Below, piece after piece: positions 1-13,975 of a stretch of 64,000 bases of DNA. This DNA is from the human T2T-CHM13v2.0 reference genome, Homo sapiens: the NCBI RefSeq assembly GCF_009914755.1, contig NC_060934.1. One strand, 5' to 3'. Under the pieces are notes generated by a model. It was not told the DNA's origin. It ran no database searches and saw only the letters and a list, made by a program, of their open reading frames with translations. The position numbers and the translations under genes were made by a program. Positions within the stretch are counted from its first letter, which is position 1, and every line of letters begins with the position of its first letter.

Positions 1-246
1 TTATCCTTATCAAATACTATGTGCTGTACCTAATTGTATTAATATGTTCTATACTTTTATATGACCGTCAGCTTTGTACATTTGTTTACAGCAGCAGCAT
101 CATAGAATGTGAGTAATGTGTGGTGTTCAGATGGCTGTAATGTCACTAGGCAATAAGAATTTTTCAGCTCCATTATAATGTTATGGGACCGCTGTCGTAT
201 GTGCTGTTCACAGTTGACTGAAATGTCATTATATGGTGCAGGACTG
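1..246 (+). mobile_element. Tigger3/GOLEM (MER7-type) TcMar DNA transposon, 3' part
   Basis: Matches recalled Tigger3 end (gtcactaggcaataagaatttttcagctccattataat...gttgactgaaatgtcattat...gactg), followed by TA target dinucleotide at 247-248. Confidence 0.8.
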
Positions 247-517
247 TAGTCTTCTGAGGGACTTAAATGGTTCCCAGATTGGTGCAGTGGTGCAGCCACC
301 ACCAAGCCTTACGGTCAATACAAATTCCCCTCTTCTCCCATCCTCAAAACCAACCAATCTGAATCAAATGCTAAAATGATATTGAAAGTGCTAAAAAGCA
401 GATCCAAGTGAGTAAGTAGTGGTAAAAGAAAAAAAAAAGGTTTTTGGATAACTTGGAAATTTAATAACCTGCTTCTGAATAACTGAAAGAGATTCATAAC
501 TTGTCCAATGGTAATGA

Positions 518-720
518 TATTTATTGAATGCTCACTCCATAGCTGACACACTGTTCAGTGCTTTTCCCACTGTATCTCCTTTACCATTCCCACTGTACGG
601 ACAGGAAAGCTGAGGTATGGGAGGTTAAGTCACTTGTGCAATACCACATCCCTAGAAAGGGGAGTTCAAGGATTAAAACTGAAAGTCTAAATGAAACTCA
701 AATTCACAACCATAATACAA
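518..720 (-). mobile_element. MIR SINE fragment
   Basis: Reverse MIR core: ggaaagctgaggtatgggaggttaagtcacttg. Confidence 0.65.
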
Positions 721-1345
721 TATTACTGAAAAGTGGAATGACTTACTGTGAGCAGACACCACTTGTGAGTGTCTGCCAGAACAGATACAGACCCCACAGT
801 TAATCTCATTAAAAAGCCAGTAATTGGGTCCTCGGGACATGTGGTGAAAAGACTCAGTACACAAAACAGCCAACGTCAAACTAAAGGAGGTAGAAAAGTC
901 AAGCACCTCTAAAGGAAAGAAATCATAAGGAACTTGAGGTGAACCCATTTTTATATGCATAAGGTTGAAGCCTGAAAAAATTTAGTTTTGAGCACAGCAT
1001 GTTACAAAGAACACTAATGGGATTCTAAATTTTCTGAAAATATGTCCAATATAAAAATGTTAAACTCTCATTTCTTTAGAAGCCCAAACTTCTGAGCCAA
1101 CCGTCTTGCAAAAGGAACTTGACAGATTTTAGTTTTTAAGAGGTTTGGGATCTTAATATTGCACAGGTCAGAGAAGTTAAAATTTTACTTTTTTATTTGA
1201 AGAGTAGGAATAAATGGATCTATAGGGCAAAACTTGGAATTGAAACACTATATAGATATGGATTTCCAAAACATTTTTTTTCAGGAGAATCTCACAAAAT
1301 ATCAACCATCAACCACATCTTCAACACAGAAGACAGAGTAGAAGC

Positions 1346-1660
1346 TTTTTGGGTTTATGTTGTTGTTTTGTTTGTTTGTTCAAAAAGGGGTCTCACTCGG
1401 TTGCCCATGCTGGAGTACAGAGGCATGATCACAGTTCACTGCCTTGACTGCCTAGGAAGAGGTGATCCTCCTACCTGAGTCTCCTGAGTAGCTGGGATTA
1501 CAGGTGTGCACCACCATGCCCAGTAAATTTTTGTATTTTTAGTAGCAATGAGATTTTGCCATGTTGTGCAGGCTGGTCTCCAAATCCTCAGCTCAAGTGA
1601 TCCTCCTGCCTAGGACTCCCAAAGTGCTGGGATTACAGGTGTGAGGCACCGCACCTGGCC
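1346..1660 (-). mobile_element. AluJ-type SINE
   Basis: Full dimeric Alu, J-like (gatcacagttcactg, gctcaagtgatcctcc); degenerate TSD cagagtag at 1334 and 1661. Confidence 0.92.
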
Positions 1661-1784
1661 CAGAGTAGGATATTTAAATAAAAAGACTTCATTTTTGTAA
1701 TTAATATAGTGGCATCTTCATTTTGGTAAACTATTACTTTGGTGGTCTCCAGTGAGCCCTGCCTCCCAGTATATACAAACAATA

Positions 1785-1950
1785 GTACATCAGGACTAAG
1801 TGGTCAGGAATGCAAAGTTGCCTCAACGTTCAAAAATCAGTCATAAATCACCACATTAGTAAAATAGAAAACCATATGTTCAAGAGATACAAATAAGCAA
1901 CTGGTAAAATGTAACACCCATCTGTGACTAAAAAAATACAAAACAAACTC
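1785..1950 (+). mobile_element. Old L1M ORF2 (RT region) fragment
   Basis: caggaatgcaaagttgcctcaacgttcaaaaatcag...gaaaaccatatg...aacacccatctgtgactaaaa resembles L1 RT-coding sequence. Confidence 0.6.
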
Positions 1951-2399
1951 TTATCTGAGTGTTTAAAGCAAGGGAAAGACATGGCCACATATTTGCTGCT
2001 TAGACTGAAAGGTTCTTTATGAAACAGTCACAGTTCTTGCTCTTGGAAAACGGACCTACAGTATGGCACTCTCAGGAAAAAGTTTCCAGGGATGTAGGAG
2101 AAAGCAAAATCCAGATATCTAACTCCACCATTTGAGGAACAATGCCAAATACTGATTGCCAAGTGAGCAATAGATTTACTCCAGATCACTTTAAAAGCTA
2201 CGTGGACAAGAAAGGACTCAGACACACAGTCCATTAAAAATGTGATTGCTCTACACATCACAGGCAGCAGTGCTAGTGGATGTTGCTCACATGTCTCTGA
2301 GCCTGGCTGCTATTGGCTGAAACAAAAATGAAACAAACAAACAAACAAATAGCTGAACTTCTCAGTCCTACAGTGATGGCTCTGGCAATAAAACTAACA

Positions 2400-2705
2400 G
2401 GCAGGAGTCAGAAAACCTGAGTGCTAGTTTTGTCTCTGCCACTTTCCAGTTATGTGTACTTTGGAAAGACACTTTATCTCTCTGGGCCTGTTTCTGCAAC
2501 TAAAAAATAACTAGATGGGACTTGGAATGAATCAGAACTGAGTAAATCCTGGCTCTATTCTTTACCATCTAAGTGATCTGTGCCTCAGTTTCCACCTCTG
2601 TATAATGGGAAAGAAACCTCAAAGTGTTTCTTTGAAGATTAAATACAATTATGTAAATGGAGCACTTAACATATTCACTGCACATATTAAACACACAATA
2701 AAGGC
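2400..2705 (+). mobile_element. Two adjacent MIR fragments
   Basis: tgtgcctcagtttccacctctgtataatggg core; ggagtcagaaaacctgag 5' part. Confidence 0.65.
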
Positions 2706-4034
2706 AGATGTATTAATGTTAAGATTGAGCTATTAAGCTCTAAAATGCCATAATAATAAACAGTAGGCTGGAAATACTAATTTGTTCTGACATGGAGATT
2801 GGTAGGTGTTGTAGAAAGCTTTGAAATTCTGTGTATCCTGCCTATCATCACAGGTGGTACTGTAAGAAGCTTTATAATTTTAGCAGAGAGGAAAACAGAA
2901 GGGTAGACATTCTTGTATGATTTAATCTTGGTAATGTACCAATGATTTCATTACCATGTGCAAAAAACTATGATGACATTTCTTATACTCTGTTAAGTAC
3001 TAAGTGAAAAATCTAATTAAATGATGCTTCCATAGAATTTCCATAGAATGTAATTAATGTGACAACCAGAACCCCCTATTGATTATGCTGGCGAATTTAA
3101 TCAAATAGTATGTTTACGTAAGTAACACAACAGAGTCTGACGTCTAGTCAGACATGTGGATCTTGCCAGTTGTAAATAAACTACTCACACAAACAAAATG
3201 GCCCCTTAGAGAACTAGAAATTTAATAATCTGTATTTGTAACATAATATATTGTACCAAATAAATGACTGTTTTGTCTGAAAGTCATATTCATACTATCT
3301 GTCTGAGAGTTTGAACTATTTGGTTGGATGGAATATTAATACTGGAAATATTCTTGAGTGGGGTTTAAGTTATATTCCTCTTGGATCATGTCCCCACCAT
3401 ACATCTGATGCTTTCTTATTTATGGGAGATCATAATCCAAGTCGTAAAGAACTTGAAATGATTACAATTAGATTGCATTTTCTGTAGCCTCTTGGGCTGC
3501 CCTGGCAGCTACCCCTAATGGCCTGCACCCTTTGATGTCAGTGGGTGCTGCCTCTTGGCAGCTACCTTGTTGCTTACCACTGCTAATATCCATGAGCTTG
3601 TTATTACCACTTCAGGAAGATTTTTTTGTCACCATCATGTCCACAGAGCTGACAGCAGGATTGTGGTCATTGTCAAACTCTCCCCTTCTAAAGCTCTTCT
3701 TTATCTTTTCATTGACTTGGGGTTCGTGGGGGTGGAGGGTGGTTAAGTATGGGGATTCACTAACTCTATCTGTACTGTACTCAGAGAGTCAACTGTGCTT
3801 TACCCAGCCCCTCTTTTTCTTCTAGCCCTTCAACCAACCAAAGGAAAGGGGTGTGGGGCTGTCATTCTCAAAGGACCCTGGGGCTTCCCAGGTGACTTCA
3901 GTTGGTCTTCTGTTGATGTTCAAGAGGCACTGTGGCATGCCATGCAAATTACACTCAAAATAGAGCTCACAAAAATGTCCTTGTGAACATATAGGAAACC
4001 TTGTATTCAGGAAGAACATACTATGAGATGACAC

Positions 4035-4490
4035 AGTATGCCTAGAGCTGGACACATCTGGATTAGAACCCTGGCTCCACTGCTTACTAGCGGTACAATT
4101 CTGGATGTATTATGTGACCTTGCTGAAGCTCTGCTTTCTCCTCTCCAAAAGGGGGGCAAATAACACCGGTGCATTAAGTATACTGCCATTCACACAATAA
4201 TAACACCATTGTGAATATTTTACATGAACATATAAGTAGGCTGCCTTGTACAATAAAATGAATACAATGATGTAGTAAATACAGCCTCATAAGAATGTCA
4301 CATGGATCTAGATTCAGAATGAAAGCTTGTCTGAGAACCAGCTTAACAATTTTCAAACTATGTGACCTTGAGAAGCTCCCCCATCCTCTCAAATTCTTAG
4401 AGATGGGGGGACTTAACCATACCCACCTAGGATTAGCATGAAGTTCAAATGCATTGCTGTATATATGAAAGTGCTTTCACAAGCTATACA
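4035..4490 (+). mobile_element. MIR fragments
   Basis: accctggctccactgcttactagc, tgtgaccttg, cccacctaggattagcatgaag. Confidence 0.5.
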
Positions 4491-4563
4491 TTCTAAGGAA
4501 GATAAGTTATTTTTCTATGAATATATTATTGCAATGCTATTAATGCAGTGGTGATTTATAACC

Positions 4564-4867
4564 TTTTTTTGTTTTTTTTTTTTTTTGAGACAGAGTTTCC
4601 CTCTATCACCCAGGCTGGAGTGTAATGGGATGATCTTGGCTCACTGCAACCTCCGCTCCTGGGTTCAAATGATTCTCCTGCTCCAGCCTCCTGAGTAGCT
4701 GGGATTATAGGCATGCACTACCACGCCTGGATAATTTTTGTATTTTTAATAGAGATGGAGTTTCACCATGTTGGCCAGGCTGGTCTCAAACTCCTGACCT
4801 GAATTGATCCGCCGGCCTCGGCCTCTTAAAATGCTAGGATTACAGGCCTAAGCCACTGTGCCTGGCC
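4564..4867 (-). mobile_element. AluS SINE
   Basis: Poly-T plus full dimeric Alu; TSD atttataa on both sides. Confidence 0.95.
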
Positions 4868-7099
4868 CATTTATAATGGCTTTTTTTTTGTACCTGAGAT
4901 CCAATGATAGGATCGTTGTAAGTGGAAATTTTCATAATGAGCCACAAATTAGAAAATGTCTATGCATTATAAAGTTTATATGCAGCTAGCAGTCTGTAAT
5001 TCTTTGTTGGAACTAAAATTAAAATAATCTGGTTGTCTGTGACCACCAATATAACTCTTCCCAACAGAAAAAGAGATACTTACCTACAATAGATAATATA
5101 TCAAAATATGCCCAATGACTGATAAATACAAGTGCGCAGACATGACAGGGGAGGAAGAATGATCATTTAACAGTAACCATTTACAGGTTTGTCTCAAATT
5201 GCAAATGCAAAATAAAGTCGAAAGTATTTATAAAGTCCAAATTGGATCTTATGTATAAAGTATGCTCTTTATACAAAATAATATTTGTTGCTTTTTAGGG
5301 AAATTTCCATACTTCAGGAAGAAGCAAATTATATAGTATTTTTTTCTGTATAAAATAATTTTCTAGGTCTTTATCCTAATTTTGTTTTCCTCTAAAGAAG
5401 TTTTCCATTTAAGAAGTATTTAAAGCTTCTGTCCTTCGGTAAAGTCTTAAAACAATTTACCATGATCTTGGAAAAAACTGCTGGCCCAGTCAATTTTGGG
5501 GAAGTAGAAATAGTTTTTTAAAATGTTCTGATTTCTGGTCCCATCGTAACAATTTTGTCTTCTTTCTGAGTCAGTCCTGGTTTCCTAAGCATAACCTGTA
5601 CACTGACAATACTGTGATTTTACTACTTTAACTCTTCAAAGCAATGCCACTTAAAATATCTACCAGTTTCAATGTATGCCATTCCTAATCTAGAGTTAGA
5701 ATATCATAAATAATCCCCAGCCATGTTGTTAGGACTGAAAATCTATTTTCTAACATCTAAATAGTCTTGATTGTAATACAGACCACGGCTACAGATGTGA
5801 TGGCAGAATTCTTCCAAGAAGTATTGCAAATATGTATAATTTGCAACCAAAGCAATCTTCATAAACAAGTGATCACATAAACAAACCACACCATTTGGTT
5901 TGACCAAAAGTTATGGCAGGAATGTTCTCAAAGCCACTCATTGCTGTATGGGTAGGCAATTTTCATTGCCCTCCGCTCCATACAGAGACCCAAATGGCTC
6001 AGCAAGTATTGACTGAATTATAATTTTGATGTCATCAATCTTTTTCTTTGCATACTTGAGGTTTGTATCTTGCTCCCAATTTCAGACGATGAAAGTGAAT
6101 TTAATCAGCAAATATTCTGACTACAATAAAAGAGATCCTGAAAGATAAATTCTCAGGTATTAGAAGAGGCTTTTAGGGCAACCCTGCAAAAAGGCTCCTT
6201 TGAAAGTTGCACCCTTTGCATAAAAATGTTTCTCAGAAGAATAAAATATTTAGACAGCAACATTACAACAGAAAGCCTCTGCCTTAGAAAAATGCATATT
6301 CAGGCTCTCCCTTTGTCTATCTAGGAAGCTTCCTGTGGTTAGTCATCACCTTTAAAACATGAGGTCATGTGTTCCATTGGAACAGGAAAAATATTTCAGA
6401 TCTGTGGTCCTCCAAAAGATATCCAAAGCATTTGTAAAAGGAGTAATGGTTTTTGTGTTATGTTGCTACTAAAATTCACAAGTTGGATACCTTCCTGTGT
6501 CATCCTTCCTTATACCTGTATCAAGTAATTTAGTATCACTTTCCAAATTACAAGTTCCCTGAAATATTTTCTTTGTTCCACACATTACCAACGATAGCAT
6601 CTAATAATGGTTCTTAGACTATTAGGTAACTCCTCAGTGAATAAATGATTGGGTGAGTAGTCATTCAGTAATACTTAAGGATTGTTTCAAAATGAATTTC
6701 CAACTGAAGGGAAAAAACCTTGATTTGTTTGCCTTGACACATCTTGTCACCTTTCCCCACTGTCTCACAACATTCTCTACCCCCAAATTCATGAAAAATG
6801 CACAAAAAAGACCTACCAACCTTGGTGCATGTGTTAAGGCAGGCAATACATGCAAACATAAAATATAATCTTAGCAAAATGAGATTTTTCTTTTCCATCT
6901 TTGTAAAAATATAACGCATGCAACGTTATTTTCTAATATGTAGTGGTTTTGCTCGTTAGGTACTTAGGAATAAACATGTTACTGCCAATTTGCTCACAGA
7001 AGACAGATTTGTGAGGTGAATTAGCAAAGAGGCTGGAGAGAAGGTTGGCGCCAGAGAGGATACAACTGATTATAAACGCTCTCCTGGGTTTTGGGCCAC

Positions 7100-7118
7100 C
7101 ACTGCCCTCTAGGGGACA
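7100..7118 (-). promoter_or_regulatory. CTCF-binding motif
   Basis: Minus strand TGTCCCCTAGAGGGCAGTG fits core CTCF consensus CCNCNAGRKGGCRS in unique sequence. Confidence 0.6.
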
Positions 7119-9086
7119 CATGGAAAATAAGCAAAGTCTCTCAAGCCAAAAATTTGAGACCTTGGGAAATCATCTCATCCAATCAACTTGTATTAAGGAA
7201 GACAATTTTAAAATTACAATTACTTCAAGGATTGCTGTATAACCCTTAAAAACTTTACATTGCATGCTTTTCTAAGGCCACCTGCTTTGGAGTCACTCTT
7301 GCCAGATAAAAATTTCTTTATTATGTCTATCCTAATTTTCCTGCAGCATTTTAAACACGTCATTTCTTGTTCTATTAGAAAACAGCTGCTTACTATGACT
7401 AATGTGTTAGTCATTGTTTAGACTTTCAGCTTTTCATTTTCAATGCCCCAGAAACCAGAAACTCCAGCTCTTTTAGTCTTTCTTAATGAAGTTAGTTTGT
7501 ATAGAGAAAAATATGCGAAAATTTCCAAACTGTTACTTATTTCTGGGAAGAGAAGCTTCAATAATTTCAAGTGGAGAGCAAAGATCAACTTGTGATTTTT
7601 ACAGGGTGGATTAAACTTCAACCTTCTTTATAAAAATTAGGGATAATATCTAATGTAATCCTACCTTATAGGCAGAAATTAATCTGCTCTTTCATTCCTA
7701 AAGTCTTAAGGAAGAATTTAAATTAGTAATACTAAAACAAAGTCTCTGGAAATAAACCCTCTGCCTTTGGGAGAGAATTTCACAACTTTAGGGTGATAGG
7801 AAGAGTGAGTTACTTATAAGGCATCTATTTGTTCAACCATTTAACATTCGTTGAGTATGCCATTACTTATCAGATAGTATGTTAGGGGTTGTACATATAC
7901 AAAGAAACTTACCATTCAGTAGAGAAGACAAATATTATAGCAGCATATTTTGCCATGTATTAAATTTAATTGTATTCAATAAGTATTGTTGAAATGCTTA
8001 GGTTTTATATATATTATATACTAAACTCCTAGTACCTTGAGAATAGAGCATTTATTTTGCTCATCTCTGTATCACTAGACTCTTGGATGACTTAGTTTTT
8101 TAAAGTCTCATAATAGTCCTTTAAGTGGACTATTATTAAGTCCTCAGTTTATAGATGAAAAAAATGCTTTGGCAATTTATAAGCTAGCATGTAGTAGATT
8201 TAAACTCAAGTGTGTTTGTATTGTTGGTATCATGATTCTTCCCTATTTGTGTGCCTAGCATGGTGCCTGGCATGTAGTAGGTGTTCAATACATATTTGTA
8301 AGAGAATTAATTGGTGTGCCTTTTGTGAGTAATGTGCTCTTTGATTCTAAGGTAGTATTTCAAGTGCCTCCATGTTTGACACAAAATAGGTCTTCAAAAA
8401 TTAATAACTGAATGAATGAATGAATGAATGAATACAGGTTTCTTGGCAATTCTTCAGGATTTTTCCATTACCTTAATTCTCATGGTCTATCCGTAGTTGG
8501 GGAATAAAGTCATAAGACTAAATGAGACAAGTGTTTTTATGATGGTAACCTCTAACCATCCATCCTAGAATTCATTTTCTGCTAACCTCAGGACATCTGA
8601 TAGGACATTGTCTTGCCTTGTTGGCAATTTCATTGTTCGAAAATTTGAGGAAATAAAGGGAGGAACTGATATTTAAAAAAAAAATCAAATTCTAACTCAT
8701 CGGGGGAAGTGGTTGGCCATGCAGAAATAACAGGAATCTTACAGACAATAAATATATAATTTTAAAAACTGTGATGGGGATAGGTCTGAAAAAATCAGAC
8801 AAATATGGCAAATTTATGAGAACAGATTTTTTTAAAGTTTGAAGAACAGACTAGAAGAATTCTATAGCATAAGAATTTGAAAGGAATAATGTCTTGAAAA
8901 GATTGAGATGTTTGCAAAAATTCTAAACATACCAAAAAACTTTTAATATTAGTTTTCTCTGATGTTAGGATTATGAGTAATTTCTTTTCAAGTTTATCTG
9001 TCTATATTTTTAGCTGTCTACAAAGTGACTTTTCAGGTTATCAAAGCAATTCTGATTATATTCGAAAAAAAAAAAAGCAAAAGTTA

Positions 9087-9280
<194 letters not shown>

Positions 9281-9384
9281 AGTTGGAAACTATAATGAAG
9301 AAACCACTACAGTGGTTATTATGTGATCTTCTTTCTAGTTTCTGTGTAGCTCTGCTTTACATAATCTTTAAACCATCTATTTTG

Positions 9385-10000
9385 CTTCATTAATTGAGCA
9401 CACATTTATTGAGAAACTTCTTTTTTTTTTGGTTCTTTTTTTTTAATCTTTATTTTTTTTACTATACTTTAAGTTCTAGGGTACATGTGCACAACGTGCA
9501 GGTTTGTTACATATGTATACATGTGTCATGTTGGTGTGCTGCACCCATTAACTCGTCATTTACATTAGGTACATCTCCTAATGCTATCCCTCCCCCCTCC
9601 CCCCACCCCACAACAGGCCCCAGTGTGTGATGTTCCCCTTCCTGTGTCCAAGTGTTCTATTAAGAAACTTCTATATAGCAGCACTGCGCCAGGCACTGGG
9701 GATACAAGTGTAAGCACGACAAAGTTCTTGGGGAGAAATATTATAAATAAACAAGGCACATCTTTAATTCCAGTTAACAATGGTGCTTTTGGGAAAAATA
9801 AAGCAGGGTGGGGGTGAGGGAGCGATGCAGTATGGTTGTTTCGGACACCGCAGTCAGGGTTTGAGGAGGCACTGACTCTAGGTCGGAGACCTGAACGGTA
9901 TGCATTGGCCCTGTGAAAATCCAGGTAAAGAGTAGTAGTCCGGGCAAGGGAATAGCAAGTAAAAAGGAAAATTCTCAAATGATCTAAGACCAATTAGAAA
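9385..10000 (-). mobile_element. L2 fragment interrupted by L1PA
   Basis: catttattgag...gcactgcgccaggcactggggataca...cagtcagggtttgaggaggc typical of L2 3' region. Confidence 0.6.
9421..9657 (-). mobile_element. Severely 5'-truncated L1PA (3'UTR only, L1PA3-5-like)
   Basis: L1 3'UTR with poly-T; 14-bp TSD tattRagaaacttc at 9407-9420 and 9658-9671. Confidence 0.93.
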
Positions 10001-10026
10001 AAAAAAATATAGCAGAATACATTTAG

Positions 10027-10320
<294 letters not shown>

Positions 10321-11289
10321 GTAAGATTTTTTTCTTTTTGTTGTTTATGTCAAGGAGAGAATGATGTTTGGAAGGGAAACGATAGACTACTATTGCAGAG
10401 AGGGAAGAGAAGATGAATAAAGAGAGGGTAAGAGGACACTTTGCATTCTAAATGCCTTCAGGGGTGAGAGCTGTGTCCCTGTTTATCCATTTCTTTATTC
10501 CTTAGAAATGATTGCAACCCCAGGGCAAAGAGACAATGCTGGTGTTTCTATATTTTGATTAATCCAAATAAATTACCAGAATTTTATTGAAATGTGAGAT
10601 TTGGTCATATTACCCTTTCATTTGTGTTCAGAAGTTGTTCCACTCAAAATGTCCCTGTTCTGGCTTAAATTTACTTAAGATGACTAGGAAGGGAGAAGTT
10701 CCATTATGCTGGTAGAAAAGGGGTCTGGTCCTAGGAGAATTTAGCGCTGGAGGGAAAGAAGGGAGCAGAGGGACTGCAGTCCTAGGACAGAGGGACTGAA
10801 TTGGAAACCTCCCCACAACCCCACTTCTCTGAACCCTGTTCTGCCTTCCTCTTGTTTTCTTCAGTGCCCCATGCTTTTCTCTCCTACCTCTTCACCAGCC
10901 AATTCAAATGTAGCTCCATCTGCACCTCTACAGGAAAACTGGTGCTCAATGTGTCTCTGGAGAAATGTAAATTATCTTTCTGGAAACCCAGAGAATGTCA
11001 TTTAAAACCACAGAAAGATGACATGGAAGGGTGGTAAGTGGGCGTGGCATGTGGTCAGGTGTAGGAGTGTTCCTTTGTTCAATTCAAAATTCAAATGTAG
11101 TGTGTAAATGAATTTTGTTTCCAGACATATGTAATTCCTAGTTCAATGTTTTAAAACAGGAGTATGAGCACCAAAATAACAAGTTTTTAGTGTTTTGATT
11201 CTTAAAAATAGCAGGATATCTCTTATGTTGCAGACACAGAGCTGGGTGCTAGGGACAATGAGTAAGCTGAGGTCCCTGCTATCAATGAA

Positions 11290-12517
11290 ACCTACTGAGC
11301 CCTTGCTGACCATCTTTGAGGAGCTGCAGAAAGCAGGAGAGGTGTACACAAGCAAAGGATTGTTGAATGTGGATCTGATTTTCAAAATGGGGAGGGAGAT
11401 AGTTTCTCAAAACCTACATATAAGTAAGCCTCAAATAAACCATTTTGAGACTGACAGCCGGGCACCAAATGATTCACTAAGGAACAGATCTTGTAGACAA
11501 ACATCATTTCCTTTCCCTGAAAGAGTTACTAGGTTAACCAATGGTGGTTATTAAGGTATCTGGATTTCTACAGGATGTTCGCCAAGGCATCACATGGCAT
11601 CCTTGGGGCTAAGATGAAAAAATATGAGCGAGACATCAGGGGTGTTGGCAGTTTGTTGAATGGTCACAGCTAGAGATGGCAATGGATGGCAGTCTAGAAG
11701 GACATTTCTAATGCTGATGCCCGTGTTCTTGTTATTGTCAATATTTTTTAAAAATCAGGTATTTGAATAAATAGAAAGTATAAGTATGCTAGTTAAATTT
11801 ACAGCTGATGCAAAGTTAGGATTTCACTTACTGAGTAAGTGAGATGACAGAATTAGAATACAGTCTACATTCCAAATGAAAATAAAATTGAAGTTGAGAT
11901 GGAACAAATTTAATGAGGTAACATTAATGGAAATAGATGTGAGGTCTCCTATGGAGGTCCAAAACAAACAAAAAACCTAAACCCAACTGTGCAGATACAG
12001 GGTGCGGCACATATGACTTGGCTTAGATATTTGAGAAGCACTTAGGAATTTCAGGTGTCACTCTGATATAGCAGCCACAAAAGCAACTTTGGTGTTAAGA
12101 GAAAGACAGTGCTTAGAATGAGCTGTTGCTAATTGTGCTTTATCCTGTTTTTGCAATACCCTGGGTTTGTAAAACATTAAAAATCAGAGTATGTTCAGGG
12201 GAAAGTGAGTAGGGTGTTGAAGGAAGGAAAACAGAAGAAATAGTGAAGTGTTGGAAAGGAGCTTGTCAGGGCATCAAAGAGGAAGTCAACAGTTCATTAG
12301 CCCCAAAGGTTACATCTGGGACCAGTAAAGGGAATTTATAGAGAGACAGATTATGGCTCAATTAGGATTTTCTATCAATCAGAACAGCCTGAATTTGGAA
12401 GGTCAAGAGAGTCCTATTGTCTGTGTGTTTTAGCATCACTTCAGTTGTCAGAAGAGTTTAGGATCATCATCTATGACCTTTGAAGTCACCTTCAATCTTG
12501 AGAGTCTTCAGTTCTAG
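11290..12517 (+). mobile_element. L3/CR1 LINE, RT region to 3' tail
   Basis: ORF 11195-11554 retains CR1 RT motifs (EPLLTIFEE..GEV, NVDLIFKMG, RNRSCRQT...RVTRL); downstream YLDF (tatctggatttc) and KFADD-like (aaatttacagctgatgcaaag) relics; L3-like 3' tail atgacctttgaagtcaccttcaatcttgag. Confidence 0.8.
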
Positions 12518-12666
12518 AGTTGTTTACTAGGCATTTATTACATCATAATATGACTTAGCTTTTTGGATCACTTTTAGGCTATGCTTTTAGTATTTAAAGA
12601 AATAGAATAATAATACCTTGGATGATAATGGAATATAAGGCTTATAATCCCTTCCTCCATTCTCAG

Positions 12667-12980
12667 GTGGACACCTGAGAGAAGACTATAGGACTTCAAA
12701 CATCAACCCATTTCAGTTCTGATGTCAGCAAGGAGAGAACTGGCAAACTGGGCCAACCGTTTGATTGACACATAGAAGGCCAACTGGGTAAAATCATTAC
12801 TCAAAGACTGTATTTCCAGTGCACTCTCCAGTTGTATCTGGTCAGGGCATCATCCAATGCTGTGGATGAAGCTTGCTGTCATTTAGCAAAATGTCATAGT
12901 GATCACTGATTGTTTGCCTGTAATAGTTAATAGCAACCTTTCTGTCAATGCTATAATTAAAAAAATTGGTTATTTGTGGT
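12667..12980 (+). ncRNA. Candidate 3' terminal exon A
   Basis: Acceptor cccttcctccattctcag|; ATTAAA at 12956-12961 followed by GU-rich ttggttatttgtggtt. Confidence 0.5.
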
Positions 12981-13975
12981 TACAAGTCTATTCCAATTTT
13001 GCTTATTATATTAAAAATGTTTCCTAATTTTGAGTACAGTGGGGCTTAGGTGATTTGAGTGGTAGTCACAGCTTATATTCAGCATAACTAAACCCTGCTC
13101 TCTTCAGGTATATAAACTCACTATTCCACCCAGAAGTCATGTATTTATTCAAGAGACAGGAATATTAATAATAACATGCATTTTTCCTTTTTAGTTCCTT
13201 AGATCAAATATTTACTGATCCATATAATTCAGATCGGTATTGAATATTAATTCTGTATTTCATAGATCTTGGTAATTGTATTAAGTTCAATGCTTCACAT
13301 TTACCTGAGGAACTAATAAATTTTTGATAAAAATAGTTCACTATGAAACTTTAGAATCATTTTGGACAGTAGCATAATTATTTTCGCATTTATAGTAAGC
13401 ACAATAGAAACGTTACCAAACAACATAAGACTCAAATACTTTTTAACAGTTCCGTGGTCAGAAAAGAGCTTACATAGCTTTTTTTTTCTGCTTACTTCAC
13501 ATTTATATTTTTGTCACAATACAAATAGGGCTTTTACAGTGCAAGATTAATGCTATGGTTTTCTATGTTCATTCTGTATCATCTAAACTGCAGTTGGACC
13601 AAATAACAAAAAATAATCAACTGAATGCTAAACAACTCCTTGTAAAAATATTCATGGAGAGTCAAACTCAGTATCAGAAAAAATGTCCCAGAATATATGC
13701 ATAACTCACCATTTTTATTTCGGTAAAACTTCAGAGAACTTTTGTGACGATTCAGTGAAAATCATACATATAAAGTTTTGCCACAGATTAGCTCAGGGTA
13801 GCTAGTTTTTATGGGACACTCTTACCATCATCATTATCATTATTGATGTAATTAATAATAATAACATGAGCACCTGAATTTAAGTAAATTATCCATCTGA
13901 TACATGAGGTCTATTTTTTCACTTTGTATTTGTAGAAATTATTTATAAAATTTTCTACTGGTTCCAAAATAGCTG

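Noticed and set aside
8408-8433. (TGAA)n run
   Set aside because: Ordinary L2 3' tail microsatellite.
13700-13800. Minus-strand donor ATG|GTGAGT near 13710
   Set aside because: No convincing upstream acceptor; such donors occur by chance.
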